Of a stretch of 64,000 nucleotides of DNA, positions 1 to 9,988 are shown in pieces. The DNA is from an uncultured Planctomycetaceae bacterium (GTDB lineage: Bacteria > Planctomycetota > Planctomycetia > Planctomycetales > Planctomycetaceae), in the NCBI GenBank assembly GCA_963815195.1, contig CAWFGE010000015.1, forward strand, positions 640,001-704,000. Reading direction: 5' to 3'. The stretch's first letter is position 1, and every line of letters begins with the position of its first letter. The position numbers were made by a program, and so were the translations under genes. Under the pieces are notes generated by a model, which ran no database searches, was not told where the DNA came from, and saw only the letters and a list, made by a program, of their open reading frames with translations.

Positions 1-207
1 GTGCGGAAACATTGGGACGAACTGGCGGCCATCTTTCCGGAAGAGTTCGCGATCGACCCGTTGGGCCCGATCGCAGACCACATGCGGGAGCAAGGCACGC
101 CGTTCGAGGAACTTCAGGACACCGGCAGCGATGCCGCGATTCAATGGAACCCCGACGAAGCCCTCATCGGCAACGATCCCTACCCGGCCGTCTCCCCCGC
201 GAATTGA
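1..207 (+). CDS. C-terminal part of a hypothetical protein (runs off the window start)
   Basis: Open frame from base 1 to TGA at 207 with protein-like composition, followed by a hairpin. Confidence 0.6.
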   Translation: MRKHWDELAAIFPEEFAIDPLGPIADHMREQGTPFEELQDTGSDAAIQWNPDEALIGNDPYPAVSPAN

Positions 208-233
208 TCGCATCTCTCGCGAGATAATTCATT

Positions 234-289
234 AGCCCGAACCGCAAGCGAGGGAAATCGCTTGAAATCCCTCGCTTGCGTTTCGGGCT
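234..289. repeat. REP-like inverted repeat / possible terminator
   Basis: AGCCCGAACCGCAAGCGAGGGA...TCCCTCGCTTGCGTTTCGGGCT, 22-bp arms with one mismatch. Confidence 0.75.
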
Positions 290-426
290 GATTGAAGCCA
301 CCGCTACGGAAAAAGGCATCCGATTCTTCGAGCCTCGGGGTGGAATGAATGGGGAAGTTTTGGCAACATAGGCGGATTCAGGTTTGCCAATGCTTCCAAG
401 TTCCCGACACCTAAGAGGATCGACTC

Positions 427-1155
427 ATGGGCCAGAATGTGCATGTCCACTACTCGGCGGAACAATACGACGCCTACACCGCCGACTCCGTCAAGACCTA
501 CGACAACCGCATTATCAAGCGGCTGAAGATCGAGCTGAGATTCCTGCCCGCCGGCCCCAAGCAGTTTGTGGACGTGGGCACGGGGACAGCTCAACTGCTG
601 CTCCAGATCGCTGGCGATCCGGATTTCCAGGATTTCCATCTCATCGGCACCGATTATTTTGAGGACATGGTGGTCAAGGCCCGGGAAACGGTGTCCGGCC
701 AAGGACTTGCGGAAAGAATCCAACTCGACCACAACGATGTGCACAACCTGCCCTACCCCGACGAGTTCGCGCACATGGTCATCAGCCGCTCGACGATTCA
801 TCATTGGGCGGAACCGGTCAAAGCCCTCAGCGAGATTCACCGGATTCTGAAGCCCGGCGGCGTCGCGGTGATTCACGAGCCCCGCCGAAACCCGCATCCC
901 AAGGCCCTGGAAGACTTTAACCGCCGCCGCGCGGAACTGGGCGTGCCCCCGGCGGACCTGGACGAAAAATACACGCCGGCCGAGGTCTGGGATTTTATCC
1001 AAAAAGCCGGCATCGCCCGGAACAGCAACCTGTTCGCTCCCAAACGAGGCCCCGGTTCGCTGGGGTTTGAGGTTCGCATCTGCAAATGCCCGGTGTTCTT
1101 CACCTATCTCGTCGGATTTCTGGGCCGGGCGAAAATGTTGTTGAGCAGTTGGTAA
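427..1155 (+). CDS. class I SAM-dependent methyltransferase
   Basis: Motif I VDVGTGTA, DVHNLPYPDEFAHMVIS, EIHRILKPGG; GAGG RBS upstream. Confidence 0.9.
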   Translation: MGQNVHVHYSAEQYDAYTADSVKTYDNRIIKRLKIELRFLPAGPKQFVDVGTGTAQLLLQIAGDPDFQDFHLIGTDYFEDMVVKARETVSGQGLAERIQLDHNDVHNLPYPDEFAHMVISRSTIHHWAEPVKALSEIHRILKPGGVAVIHEPRRNPHPKALEDFNRRRAELGVPPADLDEKYTPAEVWDFIQKAGIARNSNLFAPKRGPGSLGFEVRICKCPVFFTYLVGFLGRAKMLLSSW

Positions 1156-1370
1156 ACCGGCCGCAAAAGCCCAAAATCTGCAAATTCCCCAAGAAAATCC
1201 CAGTTTCGTGCGCGACATAAGTTGGATTCTTGAACTGCATTCCGTCCGATCACGATTTTTTTTCAAAAAAGTCGGATAACCGTTAAAGGTTCCCCAAACT
1301 GACGGCCGATGAGAGTTCCTGGTACGTCATCCCGACGGAATGGACCAGTTTCCCCTACCAGGATGAAATC

Positions 1371-2376
1371 ATGAAGCCGACTTGCTGCCTCTGCCTGCTG
1401 CTGTGGATTGCCACCGGGTGTACGTACAACCCCGTTCGCTTTGATCCGGTGACCGGATTCAACACCGGAGGCGGCGTGGGCGTTTTGTGCGGGGGACCTT
1501 TGGATCCGTGGATGCTGCATTGCTGCCCCGACTCGGACTGCTGCCTGTGCTCGTGCCTGAAGTCCTGCTTCTGCTCGCAGGAACCGTCTTGCCTGCCGGC
1601 TCCCGTGTGTGCTCCGATGTGCTCCCCCTCCCCGGTGTGTGCTCCGATGTGTTCTCCGGCTCCGGTGTGTGCTCCGTTTTGCCCCCCTGCCCCGGTGTGT
1701 GCTCCGGTTTGTCCGCCAGCCAACATGTATCCGTCTCCAGGGATGCCCTTGGGACCGACCGGCGTGGGGATGCCTTACCCTGGCCTGCCCGGCCTGCCTC
1801 CGACCGGCGGCATGATGCAGCCGGGGATTCCGATGTCCCAACAGTACGGCGTTCCGTCGTATCCGGGATCGGGTCCGGTTCCCACGTACGCGGAACCCCC
1901 CTGCCCCACTTGTGGTCCGCAGGCGTCGGCGATGGCTCCCGGTTATCCGCAAACCGTGCAAACGCCCCTGCCCGGCGTGACGAATTATCCGCAGTTGTTT
2001 CAGAATCCTCCGCCGGCCCCGCCCGCCGATGGCTTTATGATGCCCACGCCAATTCCCGAAGCCGAGCCTGCCTCCGTCCACCGGGCAACTTCCGCCGCAT
2101 TATCAAATGATGGAAACCCCGGCCGCTCCGCCCGCCGCCCCCCCAGCGGCGCCGCAGCCGACGCCCGCCAGGCCCATGCCCACGCTGGCTCCGAATCCGC
2201 AGGCCGCCCCGCAACCGAACCCCATGAGCGGCCAAGCCCCGGTCCAACAACCCACGCCCGCGACGACGCCGATGCCGATGGGAACCGATGCGGCCCACAA
2301 TTTCGCCCCGCCCGAAGTTCACCCCCGCTTGAAGTACGATGCCCGCCGGCAGCAATGGGTGCCCGTCCGCCTGTGA
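1371..2376 (+). CDS. Cys/Pro-rich putative lipoprotein (frameshift near 2080)
   Basis: Lipobox-like LLLWIATGC; Cys cluster; (A/S)PVCAP(M/F/V)C 8-aa repeats; Pro-rich sequence continues in another frame (2107..2376) ending QQWVPVRL. Confidence 0.7.
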
Positions 2377-2501
2377 TGCCGAGCGGCGGCCTTTGTTGCT
2401 TTTCCCCAAGAAGTGCGATGTAATGCAAACTCGGCGGGATGGCGAGGTTTTACGCTCGGCATCCCATTTCGGGTTTGATGTTTCACGCGAGAGGGGACAG
2501 C

Positions 2502-3194
2502 ATGCGGCGCATGATTCTTTTCGGCACGATCTTGGGCTTTTGGGCGAGCGTTTCGCTGTGCGCGGCCGATCCGCCTTCCCCGTTCGCCAAGTGGGACAAG
2601 GCGATTTCCGCGTTCGAGGCCCAGGACCAAAAATCCCCGCCTCCCAAGGGGGCCGTGCTGTTCGTGGGCAGCTCGAGCATTCGGTTATGGAAGCTGGAAA
2701 AGAGTTTCCCCCATCTCCCGGCGATCAACCGGGGCTTCGGCGGTTCGGAAATCGCGGACTCGGTGCATTTCGCCGACCGCATCGTCCTCAAGTATGAGCC
2801 GAAGACGATCGTGTTCTACGCCGGCGACAACGACATCGCCCACGGCAAATCGCCCGAGCAGGTGGCAAAGGATTTTCAGGCATTCGTGAAGACCGTGCAC
2901 GAAAAACTGCCGAAGACAAAAATCCTGTTTATTGCCATCAAGCCCAGCCTCGCCCGCTGGAAGTTGGCCGAGACGATCCAAAAAGCCAATAACCTCATTC
3001 GCGCCCAATGCGAAAAGAACGAGCAGTTGGCCTTCATCGACGTGTGGAAGCCGATGCTCGGCGACGACGGCCGCCCGCGAGCCGAGTTGTTCCTCAAAGA
3101 CGGCCTGCACATGAACGAAAAAGGCTACCAGATCTGGGCGTCCCTGATCGAGCCGCGATTGCCCAAACAGGGCAAAGGCGAGCGGCCAGCGTAA
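2502..3194 (+). CDS. secreted SGNH/GDSL hydrolase
   Basis: Signal peptide; FVGSSS, NRGFGGS, YAGDND and DGLH blocks. Confidence 0.9.
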   Translation: MRRMILFGTILGFWASVSLCAADPPSPFAKWDKAISAFEAQDQKSPPPKGAVLFVGSSSIRLWKLEKSFPHLPAINRGFGGSEIADSVHFADRIVLKYEPKTIVFYAGDNDIAHGKSPEQVAKDFQAFVKTVHEKLPKTKILFIAIKPSLARWKLAETIQKANNLIRAQCEKNEQLAFIDVWKPMLGDDGRPRAELFLKDGLHMNEKGYQIWASLIEPRLPKQGKGERPA

Positions 3195-3338
3195 GCTGGC
3201 TGATCGGGTTCGATTGCTTCCGTTGATTCGCAATTCTCTTCTCAAAAGATGAAAGCTTTCAGCAATCGAAGAGATCATTGGGGCTTACGCGGGCACCGAC
3301 CGAAGGTTGGTCCGCTCGCCGGTGCGAATGGATAGACA

Positions 3339-4372
3339 ATGCTCCAACGTTTTTTGCTGCTGTGGCTCACGCTGTTGTGTCTGGTGGCGGTGGCGTGGCC
3401 GGACATGCTCCACCACATGGGGTGCGAGCCGACCTTCGATCCGTTCGCGCTCACGAAGCCCTATCTCGGGCAGATGATTACCGCGACGATGTTCGCGATC
3501 GGCTGCCTCTTGCCCCGGGATGAAATCCGGCAAGTGCTCGCGCGGTGGCCCAGTGTCCTCGGCGGGACGGCGGTGCAATACGGGACGATGCCTTTGATCG
3601 CGTGGGGCTTCGGAACCCTGGCGGGACTCTCCGAGGAGTGGATGCTCGGCGTGATTCTCGTGGGCAGTGTGCCGGGGGCGATGGCGTCGAACGTGCTCAC
3701 GCTCGCGGCGCGGGGCAACGTGAGCTACTCCGTCAGCCTGACCACGACCGCCACCCTGCTCTCCCCGGTTGCCGTGCCTTTGATTTTGTTCCTCGCGTTA
3801 AACCAGACGGACATCGACGCGGCCGACCTGCGCAGCGGGCGTTTTGGGACTTGTTGCTCCAGGTGTTTTTGCCCGTGGTCGCCGGGCATTTTTTGGCGAG
3901 GAACGTGTCCCGCATCGAAGACTGGAGCCGGCGGTTCGCCCCGAGGGTTGCGAACGTGGTGATCCTGTGGATCATCGCCGTGGTCGTGAATGCCAACCAC
4001 GACGATTTGACCGAACCGCTCGATCACAGCCGGCTCGTGCTCGTGACGGTGCTGTTGGGAATCAATCTCGTGGGCTATGCGGCCGGTTACGCGGGCGGGC
4101 GGATCATGGGGTTGCCGAGCGGAAAACGCCGGGCCCTGACTTTGGAGATCGGCATGCAAAACGCGGGACTGGGGGCGACGCTGGCCTCGCGGCTGTTCTC
4201 GTCGTTGCCCGCCGTGGCGCTGCCGACGGCGTTATACACCTTCGGCTGCATGCTCACGGGCACGATCCTCGCCCAATACTGGTCCCGCCGGGACTTGGGA
4301 GAGGCTTCGATAGAGAACTCGGACGATCCAAGCCAAAGTTCAAATCTCGACGCACATCCCGAAGTCCCCTGA
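3339..4372 (+). CDS. bile acid:sodium symporter (SBF/BASS) family transporter, frameshift near 3835
   Basis: GSVPGAMASNV...RGNVSYSVSLT in ORF 3339..3962; LEIGMQNAGLG in ORF 3545..4372. Confidence 0.85.
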
Positions 4373-4387
4373 CCTGTTTGGGGTCGG

Positions 4388-6039
4388 TCAGCGTTGTTTC
4401 GGTCCCACATCGAGAACTTCCAGTTCCGCGAATTTGCCGGTGCTCATGTTGGCTCCGCCGACCATGAGGAGGCGATGTTTGTCCAAGGGCAGCATGCGGT
4501 GGAAGAAGCGAGCGGTCGGGGTTTCTTGGACGATTTCCCAGTGGTCGCCGGCTTTATTGAGCTTTTGCAACGTGCCTTTGATGGTGCTCACATAGAGGTC
4601 TCCGCCCGCAGCGAAAGCGGCGCTGCCGAAGCCCGTGATCGGATCTTCGCCTTGGAGCTCGCCGGCTTGGGACCAGGTTTGAGTTTTGGGGTCGAACACA
4701 TCCACGCGCTTCGTGGGGCCGGCTTCTTCCTGCATCCCGCCGATGGCGTAGATCTTGCCCTCGTAAGCGGCCACCGAAAGCTGCGCGGCGCTTAAACGGC
4801 GGATCGGGCAGCGGCTTCCATGCGGGCTTCTCTTCGGAAAGGTCCAACTTCCAAGCGGTTTTGTGCCATTGGCTCTCGGCTTCGCCTTTGAGCTCCCAAC
4901 CGCCGACGACATAAATCGAATCGCCGAGCACCGCCGCATCGAACGAAGACCGCGGTTCGGGCAAGTCAGGCATCTCCTGCCATTGGTTGGTCTTCGGATC
5001 AAACTTTGCCACCGACGCCTGGGACCACAGATCGTGCTTTTCGCCCTCGGCGTTTTTCGCGATGAACCCGCCGATGCGATACACGGTCCCGTCGTGCGCC
5101 ACCAAAGCCAGACCCTGCAAATGCGGTCCTTTCGCCAGCGTTTCCCATTTCGATGGGCTGTCGAGCTTCAGCCGCCGGAGCACGTTGCCCTGCTCTTTGA
5201 TGGAATAAGAATGGGCGCCTCCCGTGTGTCCGCCGTAGGTATAAAGCTGCCCCTCGGCAATGGCGGCCCCGAAGCTCGTGACCATTTCGGGAAGGTCGGG
5301 GTACGGACGTTTCGTTTTGGGAACATTCACAGTTGAACCTGTTTCACCCACGGGGAGCGCCAGCGTGACGTAGTTTCGGATCTCGGCGTACTCTTTGCCA
5401 GCCTGTTTCCCGGATTTTTTTTCGACAAGCTTGACGCGAATACAATGCAGACCGGCTTCGCCAGGTTGGAATGTGAACGTCCCCGTTTTATTGGTTTCGC
5501 CTTCGATATCATCTTTGCCGGGACGGGCAACGGTGTATTCGGCGCCTTGAGCGGGCTTGCCTTGCCAGAGAACCCGGACGGCGATCCGGTCGCGTTGGCG
5601 TTCCGGGACGAGGTCCAACTCCAAAGGTTTTTCAGGTTTGATCTTCCAAGCGGGGCGGGAAACCTCCGGCCCCGTCTTGGCGAAGTAGCGCAGCAAAAAC
5701 GTCTTCCCGCCGCGGTCGAGCACCCCGAAATCGTGGGTCGCGACGAAGACCGAATTCCGGTGCGCGGGTTTTCCATTTTGGCAATTAAGTCATCCTTCGT
5801 TCGCGTCAACGCCAAGGGCTCGGCTTTGCCATCGCGCAGCACGCGGGAGACCTTGGCCTTCTCCGCGTACTTCAGCAACTCGGGATCGTCGGGCTCGGCC
5901 GACTCGCTGAAGTAAACGTGCAGCTGACCGTCGTCTCCGGCGGCCAGCCAAATGAAATGGGCCTGCGCCAGCGCGGCATAAAAAGGACCGCGCCCAATAC
6001 CAGTCCGCAGGACACACAGCGGGAAATTCGTGTCATCAT
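4388..6039 (-). CDS. secreted DUF4198-like + Kelch-repeat protein (three frameshifts near 5975, 5755, 4790)
   Basis: ATG at 6039, signal peptide, then AQA|HFIW; VRVLWQGKP prealbumin-like fold; Kelch repeats LYTYGG, VYRIGG, IYVVGG, IYAIGG, LLMVGG spread over several frames. Confidence 0.75.
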
Positions 6040-6129
6040 ACGCTTTCCTAAAAAATCGGGGAGAGAACATTCGCGGAAATTCGCCAGATTCCAAACCGCC
6101 GGCGGAACGAGCCAAGCGATCGTTCGCGA

Positions 6130-6408
6130 TCAACGTCCGGGCGTGCCGGGGATGTCTTTTTTGCGCTCCGGAATCACGGTGTCTTTCATAAACTTGTCCC
6201 AGCCGGTGCGGGTTTTGAGTTCCTTGTTGCCTTGTTTGAGCCTCTCGAAGCTGCCCGCGTCGTACTTCACGGCGACGGGCAACTCTTTCCATTTCTCGAC
6301 GGTCAATGGGCCTTTGTTCGCGGCATTGGGATCCGGTTTCGTCTCGGAGGTCCCGCAGCCTACGCCGGCCAGCACCAACGCCAGCCAGAGGATTCGGACC
6401 GCTTTCAT
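6130..6408 (-). CDS. small lipoprotein accompanying the DUF1559 gene
   Basis: MKAVRILWLALVLAGVGC lipobox; lies directly downstream of the DUF1559 gene. Confidence 0.75.
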   Translation of the reverse strand: MKAVRILWLALVLAGVGCGTSETKPDPNAANKGPLTVEKWKELPVAVKYDAGSFERLKQGNKELKTRTGWDKFMKDTVIPERKKDIPGTPGR

Positions 6409-6428
6409 TGTATGCGCCGCCTTTCTGT

Positions 6429-7376
6429 TTAATCGAGGCTGACGACTTCGCGGCCCGCCCGCGTTGCGAGCGCATTGTAAATCGCCGGCGAAGTGTTTTC
6501 GGAGACAAACCGCACGGCACCGTCGCCAAACGCGAAATTGACGCCTCCCACATGCCGGCTGCGAAAGGCCCCGTAAACCGGCGACGCATTGTCGTGCCGA
6601 CTGAGGCCGTGGTAGGTCGAGCCCCACGCATACAGGTAGCCGTAAGCCCAGATGCAGGCGATGTCCGTGGTGGGGGTGCCGTTCGGGGCAAAGTCGGTTT
6701 CCCCCATCAGGAAGGTGTTGGACAATCCATCCGTCACGTCGCGGATTTTCGCGGGCTGGCGGTTGTTGGGTCCCGGTCCGCTCGAGGGGACGACGGTTTT
6801 GATCGGAATCACCGCCCCATTGTTGGCCGGTTCCGGAATGCCATAGTAAATCGCGTAATGAAACAGCGTGATGTCATCAGTCCCGGAACTCCACAAATAA
6901 CTGGCAGGCGCGCGGTTCTCCGGGAGTTGTCCGGGGGGCAGCACCATCGTCGGACATAAGAGCGTGGGGATCAACTGCTGCTGCAAGAGGGCGTTGGACC
7001 AGCCATCGCCGTCGTTGTCCACGGTGCTGTTGCGGGGCTGATTCGGATCCCAGCGCTGGGCGATGTTGTCCTGTTCCAGGAACGGCAAGATCTGAATCTG
7101 CCCCGTCATCCAGGTGTCGCCGTCGTCACCTTCCTTGCGGTCGCGGGTCGCATAAGGCAGTTCTTTAAACGTCTCTTCGAAGTTGTGCGTGGCGAGAGCA
7201 ATCTGCTTGAGATTGTTTTTGCAAGATGTTCGCCGGGCTGCCTCGCGCGCCTGCTGCACCGCGGGCAGCAACAGGGCGATGAGGATGGCGATAATCGCAA
7301 TCACCACCAGCAATTCAATCAGGGTAAACCCGCGGCGGCACGATGGGCGGGGCGATGGGGGGATGGACCGGCGCAT
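6429..7376 (-). CDS. DUF1559 prepilin-type N-terminal cleavage/methylation domain protein
   Basis: [36 protein letters not shown]...CKNNLKQ; C-terminal H-X9-DG motif ([18 protein letters not shown]). Confidence 0.95.
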   Translation of the reverse strand: MRRSIPPSPRPSCRRGFTLIELLVVIAIIAILIALLLPAVQQAREAARRTSCKNNLKQIALATHNFEETFKELPYATRDRKEGDDGDTWMTGQIQILPFLEQDNIAQRWDPNQPRNSTVDNDGDGWSNALLQQQLIPTLLCPTMVLPPGQLPENRAPASYLWSSGTDDITLFHYAIYYGIPEPANNGAVIPIKTVVPSSGPGPNNRQPAKIRDVTDGLSNTFLMGETDFAPNGTPTTDIACIWAYGYLYAWGSTYHGLSRHDNASPVYGAFRSRHVGGVNFAFGDGAVRFVSENTSPAIYNALATRAGREVVSLD

Positions 7377-7487
7377 GTCGGCTCCGACAGAAGACCACTT
7401 TGGACAAGCGTCTTCTCACGCCGAGAAGACCGCTCAAACCAAAGCATGGCTGGCTGCCGGAGAGGTGGCTGGCTGAAGCTTCAGTTG

Positions 7488-7508
7488 TGAGACTGAGTCT
7501 CAATCTCA
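7488..7508. promoter_or_regulatory. Fur-family-like operator (7-1-7 palindrome with an overlapping second half-site)
   Basis: TGAGACT-G-AGTCTCA followed by ATCTCA, about 110 bp upstream of the DUF1559 start. Confidence 0.55.
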
Positions 7509-7627
7509 GTATTCTGCCCTGGCATGATCGCGGTGTCAACCCGCCGAAGGCTTTTTCCGGATTTTTTTCAGGACCTGTCCCATCCCACGCAAATCACGAC
7601 AAACGGACCCAGCCGCCGCGATGCGTT

Positions 7628-8605
7628 TTATGGGCTGGGCGAATCGTCCGGCCCCAAGAGATCCGGGGTGCACATCAATTCCTCGTGGGCGCGGAGTTCC
7701 AGCACTTTGCGCTTGAGGGCCCGCCTGAGTTCCATGCAGCGTTTGACGGCGTCTTCGTAATCGTCGTAAGCCCGGCTGATGGAACCGGGGGTCACGGCTT
7801 CCTGGGCGATGGAGCGGCTGAGGGCCGAGAGCACCTTGTCCAAATCGTGCTTCAAAAACTCCACGAGTTCCCCCGAAGCGGTTTCGATGCTCTGGGTGAG
7901 CTGATAAATCGTGGCCCGGTCCTGCAGGCGTTCTTCATCGGTCAGCGCGCGGTCGGTCTGCAAACGGGCGGCTCCCTGGATCATCGATTCGTCCACCAAC
8001 CGGCCGAAGGGATTGGCCGCTTGTTTCGATTCGTCCTGCTCGGCCCGGGCCCGCTCCAGGCCGCGCTGGGCGGCGCGAAAATCGGGATTGATTTTCAGGG
8101 CTTGTTCGTAATGCTCGACGGCCTGCTTGAGCTGCCCCTGTTCTAAAAGCACATTCCCCAGGTTCTGGTGGGCCTCGGCCATTTGGGGGTCGATGCGAAG
8201 CGCTTCGCGGTACGCCCAGGCGGACATCGCCAGATCGCCCAGATGCCGCTGCGCGATGCCCATGTTGTAGTAGCCGTGGCTGCTGTTTTTGTCCTTCTGG
8301 ATCGCCTTGCGGAGGATGCTCGCGGCCTCGGCGTGCTTGCCCAGCTTATTGTACATCGCTCCCAGGTTGACCATCGCGTTGGCGTTCTGCGGGGCGATCC
8401 GCAGGATGTGCTCCAACTGCTCCGCCGCGAGCCCGTGTTCCTTGGCGAGTATGTAAGCCGACGTCAACGACTCGTGCAGCTTGACGTTGAACTCGTCCAA
8501 GGCAATCGCCTGTTTAAAGAGGGCGATTGCCTCGTCAAACCGGCGGGATTTGAGGCAGCGTTTGGCCTGGTCGATCAACGGCGGAACTTCCGGGACGGAA
8601 CTCAT
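7628..8605 (-). CDS. tetratricopeptide repeat protein
   Basis: Repeated TPR helices (AMVNLGAMY, GYYNMGIAQ, AHQNLGNVL...ALKINPDF). Confidence 0.9.
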   Translation of the reverse strand: MSSVPEVPPLIDQAKRCLKSRRFDEAIALFKQAIALDEFNVKLHESLTSAYILAKEHGLAAEQLEHILRIAPQNANAMVNLGAMYNKLGKHAEAASILRKAIQKDKNSSHGYYNMGIAQRHLGDLAMSAWAYREALRIDPQMAEAHQNLGNVLLEQGQLKQAVEHYEQALKINPDFRAAQRGLERARAEQDESKQAANPFGRLVDESMIQGAARLQTDRALTDEERLQDRATIYQLTQSIETASGELVEFLKHDLDKVLSALSRSIAQEAVTPGSISRAYDDYEDAVKRCMELRRALKRKVLELRAHEELMCTPDLLGPDDSPSP

Positions 8606-8623
8606 GCGAGGACACTCCCAAGG

Positions 8624-8687
8624 TGAGCGGCACGGCGCGAGCCGCCGGTTTTGTGTGCGGAACCGGCGGCTCGCGCCGTGCCGCTCA
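8624..8687. repeat. REP-like perfect inverted repeat
   Basis: TGAGCGGCACGGCGCGAGCCGCCGGTT-10 nt-AACCGGCGGCTCGCGCCGTGCCGCTCA. Confidence 0.85.
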
Positions 8688-8717
8688 TAAAGATGAAGAA
8701 TGGGGCGGTCTCTCAGT

Positions 8718-8951
8718 CTATCGTAAAGAGATCAGCTTGCTCTTGTCGCCGGGGTGGAAGTCGATCTTTTGTTCGCGGGCCAGCCAGCCGACGCCCTGCA
8801 TGACTAGGTCGCGCGGGGCGTTGATTTCGCGGGCCAGTTTGCTGAGCGTGACGGGGCCTTTCTGGTCGAGATATTCCCAAACCAGCCCGGCCACGGTGCC
8901 AATGCTTTCCACTTGATGGGGCAGGATTTCTGCCGCGGTCGTCGTTGCCAT
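8718..8951 (-). CDS. small winged-helix protein (DUF2582-like)
   Basis: IGTVAGLVWEYL...MQGVGWLAREQKI signature; AGGAG RBS. Confidence 0.85.
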   Translation of the reverse strand: MATTTAAEILPHQVESIGTVAGLVWEYLDQKGPVTLSKLAREINAPRDLVMQGVGWLAREQKIDFHPGDKSKLISLR

Positions 8952-8977
8952 GGATTTGATGTCTCCTAAATCAAAAC

Positions 8978-9988
8978 TCACCGCATTATAGAGCCAACGG
9001 ATTCTCCAACGCAAAGCCGTAGGGCGGCGGATGTTTTGACGTTGATTCGTTGGAGCGTCCCGCCCGCGCCTCCGATCAGAAGCTGTGTGCCATCCGGATT
9101 GGCCAAAAGACAATAAGGCGTTCGGATCGTCGACTCGATCGTCGAGCGGACGGTCAACGTGTCCGGTTCGATGATCCGCACCTGTCCCGCGTCGTCCGCG
9201 ACAAACAGGAATCGGCCGTCCGGCGACCACGCGGCCGCGAGCGGAACCGCGGACTCCAGGCGAAGAAAACGCACCATGCGGCCGATGGTGGGCTGCCACA
9301 ACCGAATCGTGCGGTCCGTGCCGACGGAGGCGATCATCGGCAGGGCTTTGTCATCGCCCGCCGGGCGGACCGCGAGATCGCGAACGGGTTTCGTGTGATT
9401 GTTTAAGGACCTGATGAGGTTTCCGGATTGGGCGTCCCAGACGCGGAGGGTGTGGTCGTGGCCCGCGGAGACGAGCGTTTGCTGATCGGGCAAGAGCCCC
9501 AAGGCCCGCACCGGCTGCGAATGGCCCGTGAACCGCCGCTCGATCTTTCCCGAACTCGCGGAGACTTTGAGCGCGTCTCCATCATGCCCCGCGGTAAAAA
9601 TCGTTTGCGAATCCGCGCTCCACGCGACGGCATAGACGAGATCGCTGTGGAGGGAAAGTGTTTTCAGCTTTTCAAACGCCGGCCAGGTCCACAGTTCCAG
9701 AATGCCGTCTTCACCGGGCGTGCCGCCCGCCGCCGCGAGCGTTTTGCCGTCGGGGGAAAACGCCAGGCCATGGATCTGCTCCAGCTTCGTGGGCAGGGAT
9801 TTTGTTTCCTTGAGCGCGGGCCAGGCGTATTGTTTGAGGCCCGCCTGCGAACCCGCGAGAACGGAGGTGCCTTGGGGCTCAAACGCGATCGCGGTGATCG
9901 GCGGCTCCGCAGCCCTGACCACTTGACAGAGGCAAACGATCCAACTCCAGACGAACGGCCAAGACATGTTGCGAAGAAGTTTTCCCAT
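8978..9988 (-). CDS. WD40 repeat protein
   Basis: AFSPDGKTLA, GHSQPV...VSAGHDHTLRVWD, WSPDGR repeats. Confidence 0.9.
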   Translation of the reverse strand: MGKLLRNMSWPFVWSWIVCLCQVVRAAEPPITAIAFEPQGTSVLAGSQAGLKQYAWPALKETKSLPTKLEQIHGLAFSPDGKTLAAAGGTPGEDGILELWTWPAFEKLKTLSLHSDLVYAVAWSADSQTIFTAGHDGDALKVSASSGKIERRFTGHSQPVRALGLLPDQQTLVSAGHDHTLRVWDAQSGNLIRSLNNHTKPVRDLAVRPAGDDKALPMIASVGTDRTIRLWQPTIGRMVRFLRLESAVPLAAAWSPDGRFLFVADDAGQVRIIEPDTLTVRSTIESTIRTPYCLLANPDGTQLLIGGAGGTLQRINVKTSAALRLCVGESVGSIMR

